64,000 nt of DNA, from the NCBI GenBank assembly GCA_012295275.1, contig CM022670.1, forward strand, positions 33,232,001 through 33,296,000. Direction: 5' to 3'. Below are positions 50,177 through 64,000 of this stretch, piece by piece. The stretch's first letter is position 1. Each line of letters opens with the position of its first letter. This DNA comes from Chrysomallon squamiferum. Taxonomy: Eukaryota > Animalia > Mollusca. A model generated the notes under the pieces. That model saw only the letters and a program-made list of their open reading frames with translations, made no database searches and was not told where the DNA came from. A program made the position numbers and the translations under genes.

Positions 50177-53100
50177 GTAAGTCCATTTGTTTATTTTGTT
50201 CTTTTTTATAGGTATTCAGGATTTCTGAACAGAGAAATTCAAAATATCAGCATAGAAATGTATACATCATTTACAGTTTCTAAATAGATAATACAAAATG
50301 TATTATAAATTAAAAATAAATACATACCTATGTACTTCCCTATACTTCAGTAATACACATGCAATACTTCAGAATTAAAAATGTGTGTAGAGGTAAATGT
50401 TTGGTGTAGAAACTGATCAGAACTAGTTACATCATTCATGAAATAACCCAGAGGTAAATGATTCGTTTTGGTCCAGACAATTTTAAAAATGGATTTATTT
50501 TAACCAAAATATTTTGAATTACAATCATAATTACATGATCAATCATTATGGTTTTTTAATGCTTTTATGGTAAGTGTACTGTTATAACATTAAACATGAT
50601 TTATGTTTTTCAAAGATACATCTATACTAGACTTTTCTGTTCATTTTAGAGAGGTAGCCATTAATATTAATTATTCATGAACCATACATTTTGATTTAAA
50701 CATTCATAAAAGGTAATCTGGCAACTATTTATTAGATTTATTTAAATTGGATACAGCTTAATAATTAGTATGGTTTGAAAACAATTTAAATGTATACAGT
50801 TTTTAATATTTCACCTAGAACTAATTCACTAAGGAAATTACTGTTTTGGTTTAGATTTGTAACTGTCAGATGTGTTGATCCAAAACAGCTTGCAAGAAAT
50901 AACAGTTTATTCCATAATGTGTAATTTCTTTCTCTTGATATATCAGTTCATTAATAGTGTGAAATCTCTTAGCAAATATATCACTGTGATAATAAAATGA
51001 TTAACTTTTGCTTAGTGTTTCACAAGCACATTTTTGTTATTATTATTTTTTTTTATATAATTGAAATAATATATATTCCATCTCTCTATCTCTCTCTTTT
51101 TTTTTTTTTTTTTTTACTAATGCAAACACATTCTATTTTTCTGTTCTTGTTTGTTTGTTTCTATTTCTAGTATCAAAAGCAAGTTTTACATCTGTTATCA
51201 TGTTTACTAACAATTCAGATAAAAAGCATATTTATTTGGAAATAAACTCATGTACTTTGACAAATATGTTTTGTCTACAAGACTCATTTTTATTTTTGCC
51301 TTGTGCTTGCATTTATGCTAAAATTAGTTGACATCAATTCCTAGATACAGTATATTTTAAATGTCATTACCAGTCACGGCATATTTCCAAACTAGTACTG
51401 ATGTTCGATGTAAGTGACAGTAGACTTACACCTAGTGATTATTGTTATGTTGAATATCTATGGATGTTTCCTGAATAAAACTAAACTCAATATAGACTGA
51501 AGACTATGTAATTATTTATATCAACCAGTTTCCTTTCAGAATCAAAAACTATTATTATTTTATTTTATTTTTGTTGATGTTAATCCTTTTATATGACAGT
51601 ACAAATGTGTCATGATTTGTTGAGATAACCTAATTTGTTTTCAGTTCTGGCAATACTCCTGAGGACCAACTTTCATTACTTTTATTACTGCTTCTCTGTA
51701 TTTCCTGAAGATTTCCGTTCCCAATAAAAGCTCACATTATTGCATGGGACGTAGGTAATTTGAAAGATGCTGGCTGCCTAACATTCTATGGGAAGTGATC
51801 TTCAGTATTCCAATTTGCTACTTGATCTTAGATTGCAATATCCTAGTAAGATCTGCCACATTGTTTGCCTAGTCCTTGATCTCAGACTGCTGTCCTCATA
51901 TAGCAGTAAGAGCAATGATTAAATCATTTGTAAAGTGTGCACAATTCTGGTCCTGTCTTGTATGGACATTCTGACAATTATCCTTATACTGAAAGGCTGG
52001 TTAAGTTCGACAACCTTATGGGTTGTCTTGATTAGAAATGTCTGTCCAAGTCAGAATTTTCTGTCTGTAGCAGATGGTATAGGACATGAAGTAGATGTAA
52101 AAAGAACTTAAAGTCATGCTAAGTGTTGTTGCATCAGTGTCAGATTTTTGTTTTTTGTTATCTGAATTGTTGTTGTTTTTTCCAGTAAAATCCTTGAACA
52201 GGGATAAAAATTTAACATGTTCTGGATTAAAAAAGCTTTTGAAATTATAATTAGACTTTATTTTTTTTTTATTGTCTTTAGACACTGGCCATTATTACTA
52301 TTTTTAGGAATCACAAAACCAAATATTTACTGATAATGATTAAATTATTATTATTGTTGTTGTTGTTGTTGTTGTATTAATCCTTGATAGGTTAATTAAA
52401 CAAAACAGTATGGGATGAAATGAATATGGAAAAAAATATATATATTAAAAAAATAAACATTAATGAATCTGTTCAGACAAGAATGGGGAAACAAAATCCC
52501 AAAACAATGACAATAACCCATCTCAGAATAATCTTAAACATCAACCTTTCCCCCAAAAACCCCCTGAATTTTTTTTTTTTTATTGTTAACAATCTTAAGT
52601 TAAATTCAAATATTGGTTAATGTTGCTCTTTAGGTTACATATATATATATATATGGTATAGCTTAACTTATATACAGACCTTTTACATTTAAAAAATAGC
52701 ATTAAGTTTAGCAAGTAAAATAATAGTAATACAAATACAGATATATTATTAATTTTAATATAATTTATTCTGAAAAAATTAATATAATAATAATAAAAAT
52801 AGATTTAGAATATATAAAATATAAAAAAAAAAAAAAAAAAAAAAACTATTTTACCAGAAGATATAAAATAAATACAAACATGAATGTAGTACTTTTGATT
52901 ATTTTTTATCAGATATGTATATTAATTACATATCACCAAAATAAAAGTATACGAAGATTGGTATATTCATGAAATATTAATGAGTATACATTTTAAGTTT
53001 GTTTTTGGGGTGATCAAATTTTATTTATTTATTTTTTTAATTGTAATATTTAGATGCTTAAATATTCACAAATGCTTGAATAACTAATTTACAAATTCTT

Positions 53101-55984
53101 GTATGAAATATTTACAAATAAAAGCACATTACTAGACACTCTGTTGTGAAAAATCATATGCAGCAAAGCCTGTCAGTACCTTGATGCAGATATCTAACAG
53201 ACAATGAAATATGCTGATAACTATAAAGAAATTCAATACACATCAATTGGTGAACAGAACTTGATGGTAGTCGCATGGATTATTGCTGCTGCAGAAATCA
53301 ATACAGGGTTGTCTCTCGTTAAGTGCAGTAGCCACTAGATGTCGTTAGTACTGAAATGTCAATATCCATGGAATGCCGGATCATCGGTAGGGCTTCCCTT
53401 GAAATCTTGGCAGGCTGGGAATTCTCATTACGATCTTGTGTGATCTCTTGTCTTCATTTTTTTTCCCTTTCTATACAAAGGGAAATATTTGATGACACAT
53501 GGCAAATGAAAAATAGAGATTTGAAAAGGATGATAAATATCTTTTTGAGGCGTTATGAAAATTGATAGATGAATCTGGATAGACGGTATTGTTTGTGTGA
53601 CGTTATGCTATTAGAACACACACAGAGAGAATACCATTGTGATTGTATTGATCTTTGAAAGCGGTGAGATAGAAAGGCCTGCATGTTACCACAATTGTAA
53701 GCATTACGGCACTAGCACGAGAATCTGGGGTGGGAGAGCAGGGATAACAGACACTTAAAACATCCGCCACTAGGCATTTTTCATTGTAGTGTTCTTCCCA
53801 TTGAGTGACTGACTGACTGACTTGACCAAAGGCAAGCACTGAGCTATTATGGGATGTTGCAGAGCTTGGATAATTAACAGTGGAGCCAGGAATGGCAGTA
53901 CACACACAGGGTACCTCTGACTAAAGCATTTAGGCTACATCTGTTGGCCTAACTGTGGGGTCACGTTGTGAGCTGTATTGATGGATGCCAGGACCACCGG
54001 TTTCCCATCACACCGAATAATGTATCAATTTAATTAGTGTACAAAACAGACCTGTATATCACTCTCTCTGGTTTTTTGAGGAGAAGCTTAGTTGCTTTGG
54101 CTACATGTACATGTATATTATTGCTTGGTTTGTTCAGAGGAAGTGTGTGAGAGTTACTTCCAGTGAAGTGCTGAAAACACGTTTTGCTGACACTGTGATC
54201 CATGTGATTTGTTCTCTGTTATTGATATGACATGCATACATCATCACGCTGTCGAGGATAAGCAGCTGGCACTGACGAGGTGGTGGTGTTGGGTAGTAAT
54301 CACAGATTTTCAACATAAAACTAACTTCAGCTGATTTTCACCTGGTACTGTGATACAATGATAGGCTAAACGTTCACTCAAATCGGTAATGTTCATTTAA
54401 ATTTTATTGTTTAAATTAAAAAATAAGGTGTTTTTTTGTTGTTACTTTTAAAAATTTATTACTATACATATATAATATTTTTAGTGTTTTATATAATATC
54501 TGTTTTTGTTTGCAATAAAAATCTATATTCATATAAATCTCAACAAATTTATAGTCAACTCTTATCATCTTATATCCTGTTTGTATCCAGTAATCTATAG
54601 CTATATTCATTAGTAAAATATTAATAGTAAAATCACAATTATTAATAGTAACCTCACAATGTTCTTTTATACTTGTACTGATAAATAATGTATGGGTGTG
54701 TGTGTGTGTTTATATGTTTTTTTATTATATTTTTCTTCCTGGCTGTTTTTGTCTATGAAATATTATCGGTAATATCAGCTGACAGAATTATTTGATGCTT
54801 ATATTGACACTGGTCTGATAGTGTTTGCTCAGAATGTTAAAATTAGATTACAGATATGGATCACGAGATTTGTCTTCATTAAGCCACGTTCTTCATAGAG
54901 AATTGTTAATGTATCACAGTCTTGTTTACATCTGTATGTAGATACCAGGTAGCTTTCTGACCTTTTGCTTACCAAGCTGCCAGGAGACTGTTGCTACCTT
55001 GATGTGCAGCATGCTAGCACAAACTGCAGTCGGTGCCATGTTGGTTATTATCTTTAAATATAGACTCGTGTTAAATTCCAAGGTGGTTAAAGTGCCACCG
55101 ATAAACAAGATATCTGCTGATATTGAGCTGCTATCTGTATCTCTTACAAAAATAGTCTTCATTAGGATGTAATGTCAGTGATACAGAAACAGGCTGATAT
55201 AAGAGAGTCTGTTGATTCAGTCCTCTATAATAATCATAATAGGAACATTTTTATTTTTGAAAAAGAAGAAAAAAGATTATTTCTTTTTTGTTAAATAATG
55301 TTTGACAATAAAATTTAAAAAATATTAATAATAGTAAGAAGTGTATGTGTAGCAGATAACATGGAACTTGAAAAGTAAACAAATAACTTTAAAAAATATT
55401 GTTTATTCACAGAATTCACATACTTTTATAAAATAGAATCAAATTCAGCTGTGTCAGGTAGAGTGTAATTGTTTTCAGCTGTTACTTACAACAGTTACCA
55501 CCTTATATAATTTCTTATTCAATCTAATTAAAAGATTTTTATTTTTTGTCATGTTTATGAAACTGATAAATATTAAACATTAAGAAGAAAAAATCTTCTA
55601 AAATGAAATGTTTTCTTAGAAAGGTTAATTAACTGTTGACTGTAAAATTACTCTTAAATTCTCAGTAAATCTTTTTTTTCTTCTTAAATAAACATGATGA
55701 AAATCTAGAATCATTGCTTTAAACAGAAAATGATATAATAATATACATTGTAACTAAACACTTAACAAGAGTTTCATATCATTCTTAGCAGATAAAGGGA
55801 AACACTACATTCATTTACATAAAAATAAAAATAAAAATAAATAAATTTATCAGTATTTATTAACCTTCTGGGGTTTTTTTGGAACCCTTATCACAACATC
55901 ATTTCCTGTAATTTAATATCAAGATGTGGATTTTTGTGTGTTTCTCTTTCTGTCTAATGTGAAAACATAGATACGTAGTAATTG

Positions 55985-56300
55985 GCCTGAATAAAACAAC
56001 CAGACTTAAATAAAATTACCTGGCTTGTATAAAATAACTAGGCTTATATAGAATAACCTGATCTGTATATAATAACTAGGCTGTATAGTATAACCTGACC
56101 TATATAAAATAATTTTATATAGAATAAACTGTCCTGTATAAAACAACTGCACAACATAACCAGATCTGTATAAAATAACTAGGCCTATGCAGAATAACTT
56201 GTGAGTAAAATAACTAGGCCTAATAATAATTTGTTCTGTATAAAATAACCAGTCCTTTATAAAATAACCAGGCCTATGCAGAATAACTTGTCCTATAGGT
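55985..56300. repeat. Diverged ~19-bp minisatellite in the MPDZ intron
   Basis: Recurrent variants of ctgtataaaataactaggc and ctatgcagaataacttgtc. Confidence 0.75.
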
Positions 56301-57777
56301 ATCTTTATCTATCTGTCTGTATAAAAGCCTTCCTGTATAAAACTTACTAAAATGAATCAATCATACTTGTATAAATTTCTGTCACTGCTAAGACATAGAG
56401 CATTTTTTGAAATGGCTAACGTTACCATCATAATGCCTTGAACACCTGACATTTCTGATTACAACAGCAGGTGAAAAGTCAGTGTTCTAAGCACTTCCTT
56501 CAGTTAAGATTGCTATGGAATGTGTAGAATGGCTACATGTTTTCTTACTCTACAACTTGTGAATCATTAATGGCCTACTGCCAAATTTCTCTTAATATTT
56601 GCTTCTTTTTCTTTTCTTTGTTATGATGTTTATAGAAAATTGCTGCAGTTACTAGCAGAAGAATGTCTTTTATTTTTATTTTTTTGTTGGAGAAAATGTT
56701 TGTTATTTCACTGATGCTTTTTTAAAATCATAGTAATATGTAAGTGAAAGAAAATTAGGGAGTTAAATATATTTAGGGAATAGAGATTTTTAGCATGGAA
56801 TTTATTTACATGTAAAGTTAATCTTCATATATGTTTTTTATATATATTTTTTTTATGTTGATATTTCTATGAATGGGAATCAAAAATGATTGAAATGCAT
56901 CAAAAAAAGATTAAAAATGAGTTCAAGATATGAAAATATTTGAAATTTCAGATTGTGAAATATCAAAGCTACACTACTGGTATACATTCACAAAAATACG
57001 TTTATATACCTGCATGAAAATAACACATATGCTACACACACACATTTGCACATACACACATTCCACCCATGCACATATTCACACACAATGTTTATTAAAT
57101 ATATTCCTGAAGAACATATCTTAAGAACCATAGGTATTTTTAAAAAAAAAATTTAAAAATTAAAAAATACTGACAACCAGTAATCCTGTGATATTTTTAT
57201 TTTTATTTTATTTTATTATTTTTTTAAATTTATTTTCCAATGAACATTTTTATTTAACTTTACTTTAACTCACCAAATTTTCTACGAATTTAAAAAAAAT
57301 CAGGAATTACAGATAATTTTTTTGCCACAAGATTTATGATAATTTTTTTTTTATCACAGGGTCATTTAGAAAGCAGGATGGTATCTTGGTGGGAGAGAAA
57401 AAAGCAAATGTTGTTGGCTTATTGCCTGATCTGATGATAGAGTATTATTTTTAACTTTTTCTCACTGTTTTCTAATGAAAAAATATTCTGAATAACTTTG
57501 ATAATAGCTGATTTCAGAGTATTATCTCATAGTTTGTATTTCCTTACCTGATTACTTACCTTTGCTGTCTGCCTACGCTTAGATCTGTAGATGAAAAGAG
57601 AATTTTAAGAAAAGAAAATGTCTAATTGGATCACTGTATTAATACTGTGTACAGCAAACCTCAATTTTATTGTACACTGTAACACCAGACAGTTCATAAA
57701 TTAAATTAGATTCAGTAATTCAAAAGTATAATTTTTAAAATATTTTGCTGTGTTCATATTAATAACAGATTAGAAAT

Positions 57778-57781
<4 letters not shown>

Positions 57782-57862
<81 letters not shown>
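57782..57862. repeat. (CT)n(AT)n compound microsatellite
   Basis: Directly visible. Confidence 0.95.
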
Positions 57863-57863
<1 letters not shown>

Positions 57864-60800
57864 TTTTTTTAAATTAAATGTAAATAAATTTGAACCCACT
57901 GAAATGCTAATAGTGTTTCTAATAGTACTATATACAAAATTTTTCACACATTAGTCCTGTATTATGACGTACATATATATTTACATATGAATGTGAGTGA
58001 TTAATTCACATAAATAGTAAGCTTGTGTGAAACTACACTATATTTAGCTGTTTTTCAAAATCCTAATTATATACAGAATCTGTTTAAGGTAATATACATG
58101 GTTAATCAAACAAATAATTATTGGAAATGTGTCAAGCGGCTTAATTATATATTAGCTATACCTTATTTATTGGTTTTATTACCCAGCATATAATCTTCAT
58201 GTAAGTTACTTGTGATAAGAGTCTGCTTGTTCCTTCATCAGTTTGGATGCTAAGCTTATTTCTGAATAAAATATGACAGAATATTAGTAACTATTTTGGA
58301 AGATCATGATTTAAAAAAACAAAAAAAAAAAACCTTCGATTTTCACATTACAAGAGTTGAGTTATTATGCCAGACAAATAATTTTTATGAGGTGTGGCTA
58401 GCTTTATTTTGTGTTCTGTTGAAAAACAGTATCCCTCATGTATGAAATATTATAGTTAGGATACTAGATGCAGAAAGAATATATGCTTCATAAAAAGAAT
58501 TTTGTAGGTTTTTTGTTTTGTTTTTTTGGTGGGGGGTTTGGTTATATTTTGGTTTTCACTTTTCAGTTTATCTGTTGTGTTTATATTTGTGTACATCAGG
58601 AGTTTTGTTTTGGTGTTCTGTTACAGAACAGGCTTTCACAGGTATTTTTATTTATAAAATATTATAGTTAGGATACCAAAAGCAGAAACATTTAAAAAAA
58701 ACAAATAAACAAATTGTTTCTATTAATGTGTGTGTAGATATATAACAGAATCACTAAGGTCCATGTTTATTTAAAGAATATATGCTTTGTGGTATTACTT
58801 TTTATCTTTCATCTAGCATTCCTGTTATTGTTATATATATATTAGTGTACATTGTTCAGTGGTTTTAGTATTAATAAATAATACTGTTGGTGTTAAATAG
58901 CAACTCAACTGTGTCAGGATTTATAACAGAAAAATATTGATTACTGTGAGTTAATTAAAGCAGATTTTCTTGTTACCTTCTGTAACTTTCCAATAATCAT
59001 TAGCAGAGTAAAAAACTTTTGTTTCTACCTTGAGAGCAGCAGTTTAGGTATTCCACAGTTCACATAACATCATAGAAATACACTTCTGTTGTTCAGATTC
59101 TTTATTTAACTTGCGTAGGTACATAGATACTGGTAGACTGTAGATAGGTATATTTATTTGTTTGCTGTTTTCAATGTAATTAAGTTTTCTCAACTTGTAG
59201 AATTCTATTTGAATATAGATACCATGAAATGTAAAATAATGTCGTTAATACTCTGTTTTTTGCTGGGATTATTCTTCTAACTATAAAACAAGAATAGTGA
59301 CATTAAATATTAACCAGTTATGTATTTACTGGTACATGCTGTTTTGGCTTAGTTTGCTAAATATATATATATATTCCTGTTTAGTATATTTAATCATTTA
59401 CCATCTTTTCAATAATCTTTTCAAATGCACTTATGCATTAGGTTATCTTATGACATGCACTGTTTATTGGTCACTTTAGAGTAATATGATGAAAAACAAC
59501 CTACTTTTTGGTTAGTATTAAATTTATACCATAAATCAGTAAATATATAAATAAATAAGTAAGAAAGGAAGTAAATGAGTAAACAAACAAACAAACAAAC
59601 AAATAAATAAATAAATAAATAAATGAACAGTGTTATCTATTATTCCATCTTTAATCTTAACTGTATTTTGTAACATTGCTCAAAAATAATATAGTTAAAC
59701 TAATGTTTCTTTATGTAACAGTTTTAAACACATATTAACATAAAGAAATATATATGTATATGGTAGTTTTGTAATTGATGATACATATTTTCACAACATA
59801 AATAAAAGTAGAATTTATAATAAACTGAATATTTTGAAAAATGACAAGCTTGTTTTAAAATTACCTAAATTTGCAAAATTTATATGAATGTAATAAATAA
59901 ATTGGCTAATATTTATTAATCTTGTAAACAGAATAGTATCGATGTATTTATATATGTTTATATAAATCAAAGTTCAATTTCCTTTTATTTCCATTATATT
60001 TTAGTCAGCCTGTTTTATAAGTTTATAATAGAAATCAGTTGTGTTTTTTTAATTCCTGTTTTCCACTGCACATATTATATTTGTAACTTAATGTTTCTTT
60101 CATTTTAACAAAACATATGATAAATTATAAACAAAACCTTTTTTATGAAGAATTCAAGAATTAACATTAAGAACAATAATATATTTACAAGTAAGTATAT
60201 GAATAAGAATAATAAAAATGAAGATGAAGGAAAAAAAAAAGTGAAATGTTTTATTTTTTATTTATTTTATTTTTTAAATTTATGAATAGAAAAATAAATT
60301 GTATTTTTTTTTATTTACATATTAAAAAACCCAAAACAACAACAACAACAAAAAATACAAAAATACACCCATACCAACGAATATGAAACTTTATTCTTAC
60401 TACTGCTAAAATTATTATTTTATTTCATTTTTAATTTGTAGCCAGATAGGTTGAATGGTTGAAATGATTTCACTAAGAAACTTTATTTCAAAGAAAAGTC
60501 ATCTATATATAACTGAGTTGTATATGTTTGAGTACAGCCTGTAATTTACCACACAAAATTTGATTAGCTTTGTCTGAATAATTTCCTGTCGCATTCTTGA
60601 AAATAACTGATTTGCAATCATAAAAAGGAACATTAGTAATCTAAAAAACCAAGCAATCCCAGAATATTTGTTGTTCCTGAAGATAGTCAACTCCTCTATG
60701 TGTTTTGAAGCAAATTTTGTTATTACTTTTTATTTAATTTTTAAATTATTATTTTTTATTTTATTTTTATAATTTAAGATAGCAGAATTGATGGAAATTA

Positions 60801-61961
60801 TATTACATTTCATCTGGAACAAGATGTTATTTTGTAGAAAACTTGTCAGCAATAGATTTTATTAGATAGGGATTTTTACAATTATATTATGTTCAGATCT
60901 AAAGTGTAATTATGATCTTGTCATTGATAAATTTTAAAATGGATACCAGCAAGTTATCATCATTTTCTTCTTTTCTTTCTTTTTTTTCTCCTTTCTTTTC
61001 TTCTCTTTCTTCACTTTTTTTTTTTTTTTTCTTTTCTTTTTTTTTTAAAGAAAAGAAAGAAAAAGATGATGGTATGTTGTTATTCATTAATAAGAAATAG
61101 AACAGAATTCATGGAAAGGATATTAGACATCACTTAAAAGAAATAGTTACACCACTGAAAACTTCTTTCTTAATAATATATACAGTAATTTGAAATTTGT
61201 TTTTTAACACTGTAAAACACCACTAAATAATCAGTGATTAATATTAATGAACGAATAAATGACATACCAGCACTAAAACATTGCCTTATATACTAATATA
61301 TATATGTATATTCTTTAACACCTGCTATCTATTTTGTGTTTTCATTTTGCTTGATGGTGGTATTCTAATTTGTCTTGCAGTTTGTTATATTACATCATAC
61401 TAATTATTCCAGTTTTTTCTTTCTTATTTAGACTGTTTGGTTTTTAGTGTGTGTTTGTGTATTCTCTTTGTATGCAGCATCATGATTTATCATCATAGTA
61501 ATAACTGTGTTACTGTCTGCTTATAGCTTCTCATATATATGTAGATTGATTGCAAATAACATGAGGTAATCGAATACTGGAAACCATTAACATTAACCAC
61601 TGAATGTGTGTAGCAGGGGAAATCAAAGCTTCCATTCTTTGTTCTCAAAGTCAACTATATGTGTGCAAATACTTTAATATTTACTGCATGTTTTATTGCT
61701 ATGTGTATGTAAATATGGTTATAGCAAATGCGTAAAAACTATTTTCTATAATTGTCATTTCTTTCTCGCAGTTGTTTGAATATGTCTGAATTTTGTTTGG
61801 TGTACAAAAAACACAAACATTTTCAAAACTTATTTTTTGTTTTTTCTTCCAGTTTTCTGAATTATATGAATAAAAGTATATTTTACATGAATGTATAAAT
61901 TAATTGCTTTTATGAATGTAAAAATATATAAACTTTTAAATGTTTTTATATTTTTAATATA

Positions 61962-62189
61962 CAGGGTGGTCCAAAAGTAGGTGGACTGTAAACGATAACA
62001 TTTATTTAAATTATTTGTCATTATGAATTCTCAGAATTATCTGAAAAGAAAACAGATTAAATGTAAATAATTGTAGTTATAAAACTATCAATAATATTGC
62101 ACAAATACCATAGTTGTAATGAACACCATTGTAGTAATGTAACCCTAACCCTCACCCACATACTGTCCACCTACTTTTTGACCACCTTG
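61962..62189. mobile_element. 228-bp Tc1/mariner-type MITE
   Basis: Left TIR CAGGGTGGTCCAAAAGTAGGTGGACTGTA; right end TACTGTCCACCTACTTTTTGACCACCTTG is its reverse complement with 3 mismatches. TA on both flanks (61960-61961, 62190-62191). No coding capacity. Confidence 0.88.
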
Positions 62190-64000
62190 TATTTTTTTTT
62201 TTAATTCAGAAATATTTGAAAAATATTCTGTGCACAGTAGAATTCTCTGTTATCAAAAGAAAATCACACACATTAAATCATTACATTTATAAATAAGAAT
62301 TATATAAAAATTAAGTTTACTGATGCATAAAAATTTGTGGGAATTCACTGTGAAATGAAGACAGATTAGATAGCCATTTAAGACAGCAGTCTTATCAACT
62401 ATCTTAAAGTAGACTGTCACAAACATTTATCCATAACAAGATTGATATTATAATTAAGCAGTTAACCCAGAGATGTCAAAGAAAGACACTGTATTTGGCA
62501 CTGCTAGTCTGAGACCTGTCAAGTGGATTTTTGCCATGGATTATGAAGGTAGTTGGGCCAAAATTCCACTGTAGCATAACGGTAATTAAGTATTGTATAG
62601 GAATAGTTAACTAAAGGAACCTTACCATCATGGTCTGAAGAAATCTTGAATTAATGGTTCAAAATGTAAAAGACATTCCAAGTTAATGGTTGAAAATAAA
62701 GAACTGCACTTTATAAGTGCCTATAATTACACTGAGGAATTATATTAAAAGATTTTGGAACAGAAAAAGAATTTCTAATATTTCGCTTTATGCATGTTTA
62801 TTACACAGAACAAAGTACAGAAAATATAGCATCATTATTAAAAAATAATAATAATAGTAATAATTATAATAACAATAACAATAATAATAATAATAAAAAA
62901 ATTACAAAATTCCACACAGAATTCATCTAATAGAAGGCAAATATGCATCATGATGCCATTATAATTAGACAGAAATACATGTAAGGCTCAGTTGGGTATT
63001 ATAGGCAGATATATTTTAATTATTGATAAACTTGGCACAAATGCAATAACATGGTAATAAAGCCGCATACTGCATACAGTATTACCAGTGGCAAATATGT
63101 GCAGGTTACACATCATAGGTTTACATGGCAACAATTTTTTTTTCATTAAATCTCTTGAGATTACACCAGCTGCCCTGTATTTAAACATATTATTGTACAA
63201 AGTATTTTAGCAAAGTATCATGCTTCATTACTTCATTGTGCAAGTGAATGTGAAAGTAAGAAACTTTATTTTGAGGCTTAGCGGTTATAAATTGAATTTT
63301 TTGAATCTTAAAATAGACCAATTAGCTATTTGTATCTTATTTCAGCATTTATTCAAGTCTTTTTTTTTTCATTATTATTATTAATGTTATTATTATTATA
63401 ATTATTATTATTAATATTTTAATGCCAACTGTTATTTTTGTTTTTCTTGACACTTTAGATTATAATGTTTCGTTCAGATTAATTAAAAGGTCTGTTTTTT
63501 TCAAAGCATATTAATATTTATATAGATCACATGCAGAAATATGAAATATTTCAAACATTCATTCACACATTAAATAAAAAGCCAGAAACAGTAACCTTTT
63601 TAATGAAATACCTTAAATGGGAAGACAAAATTAAATAAAACAGAAACAGAATGAATACATTATATTTTGTAATGAACTTTGGAAAACATGATACTATATA
63701 TAAGTGTATTATAAATATCTGGTATGTGTTTTTTCTGATAATTTAACATAGCTAGAAGAATATTTTCATGACCAAGTTTAAGAACATTAATTAAATGTTA
63801 GCATATATCCATTCCAGGCAGGTACATCAGCAGAGAAAATCTCCTAAAAGTCCTAAATGATTTATATCAAACATTTTCTCTCTCATGCAAACAGAAATTC
63901 TTAACTACCTTCAGTAAATGTTACATTTACCAGTATTTATTATTTGTACAAGCTTGATAAACTGTTTGTCAGTGGATACATACATTTATATCCCTGATAT

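Noticed and set aside
50177-64000. Further MPDZ exons or a nested gene
   Set aside because: No phase-2 exon continuing PDZ1 and no coherent spliced frame found by eye; very short exons could have been missed.

Overview
AT-rich, microsatellite-dense eukaryotic DNA with GT-AG introns; it looks like an invertebrate, possibly a mollusc (inference only). Left to right it holds: (1) the last eight coding exons of a CNBD2-like cyclic-nucleotide-binding-domain gene (+); (2) a four-copy tandem array of 5.6-7.4 kb units (~8940-35640), each with a single-coding-exon gene for an ~300 aa N-terminal CARD plus long coiled-coil protein, copy 4 frameshifted; (3) a 402 aa disordered ORF with a PP1-docking RVxF motif, preceded by three uORFs chained by overlapping stop/start codons; (4) a complete five-exon TMEM234 gene (-), head-to-head with (5) the 5' end of an MPDZ/PATJ-family gene (L27 plus start of PDZ1) that runs off the window in a long intron. 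Small transposon relics are present (Tigger/pogo transposase fragment, RTE-like 3' tail, Tc1/mariner MITE). The most interesting object is the CARD-coiled-coil array. It shows a caspase-type DxVD site between the domains, A-B-A-B upstream regions against A-B-A-A coding regions, a 47-bp minisatellite at 0/1/3/7 copies, and an intron-exon piece of the neighbouring CNBD gene copied into unit 1. All comparisons were made by eye; no searches were run.
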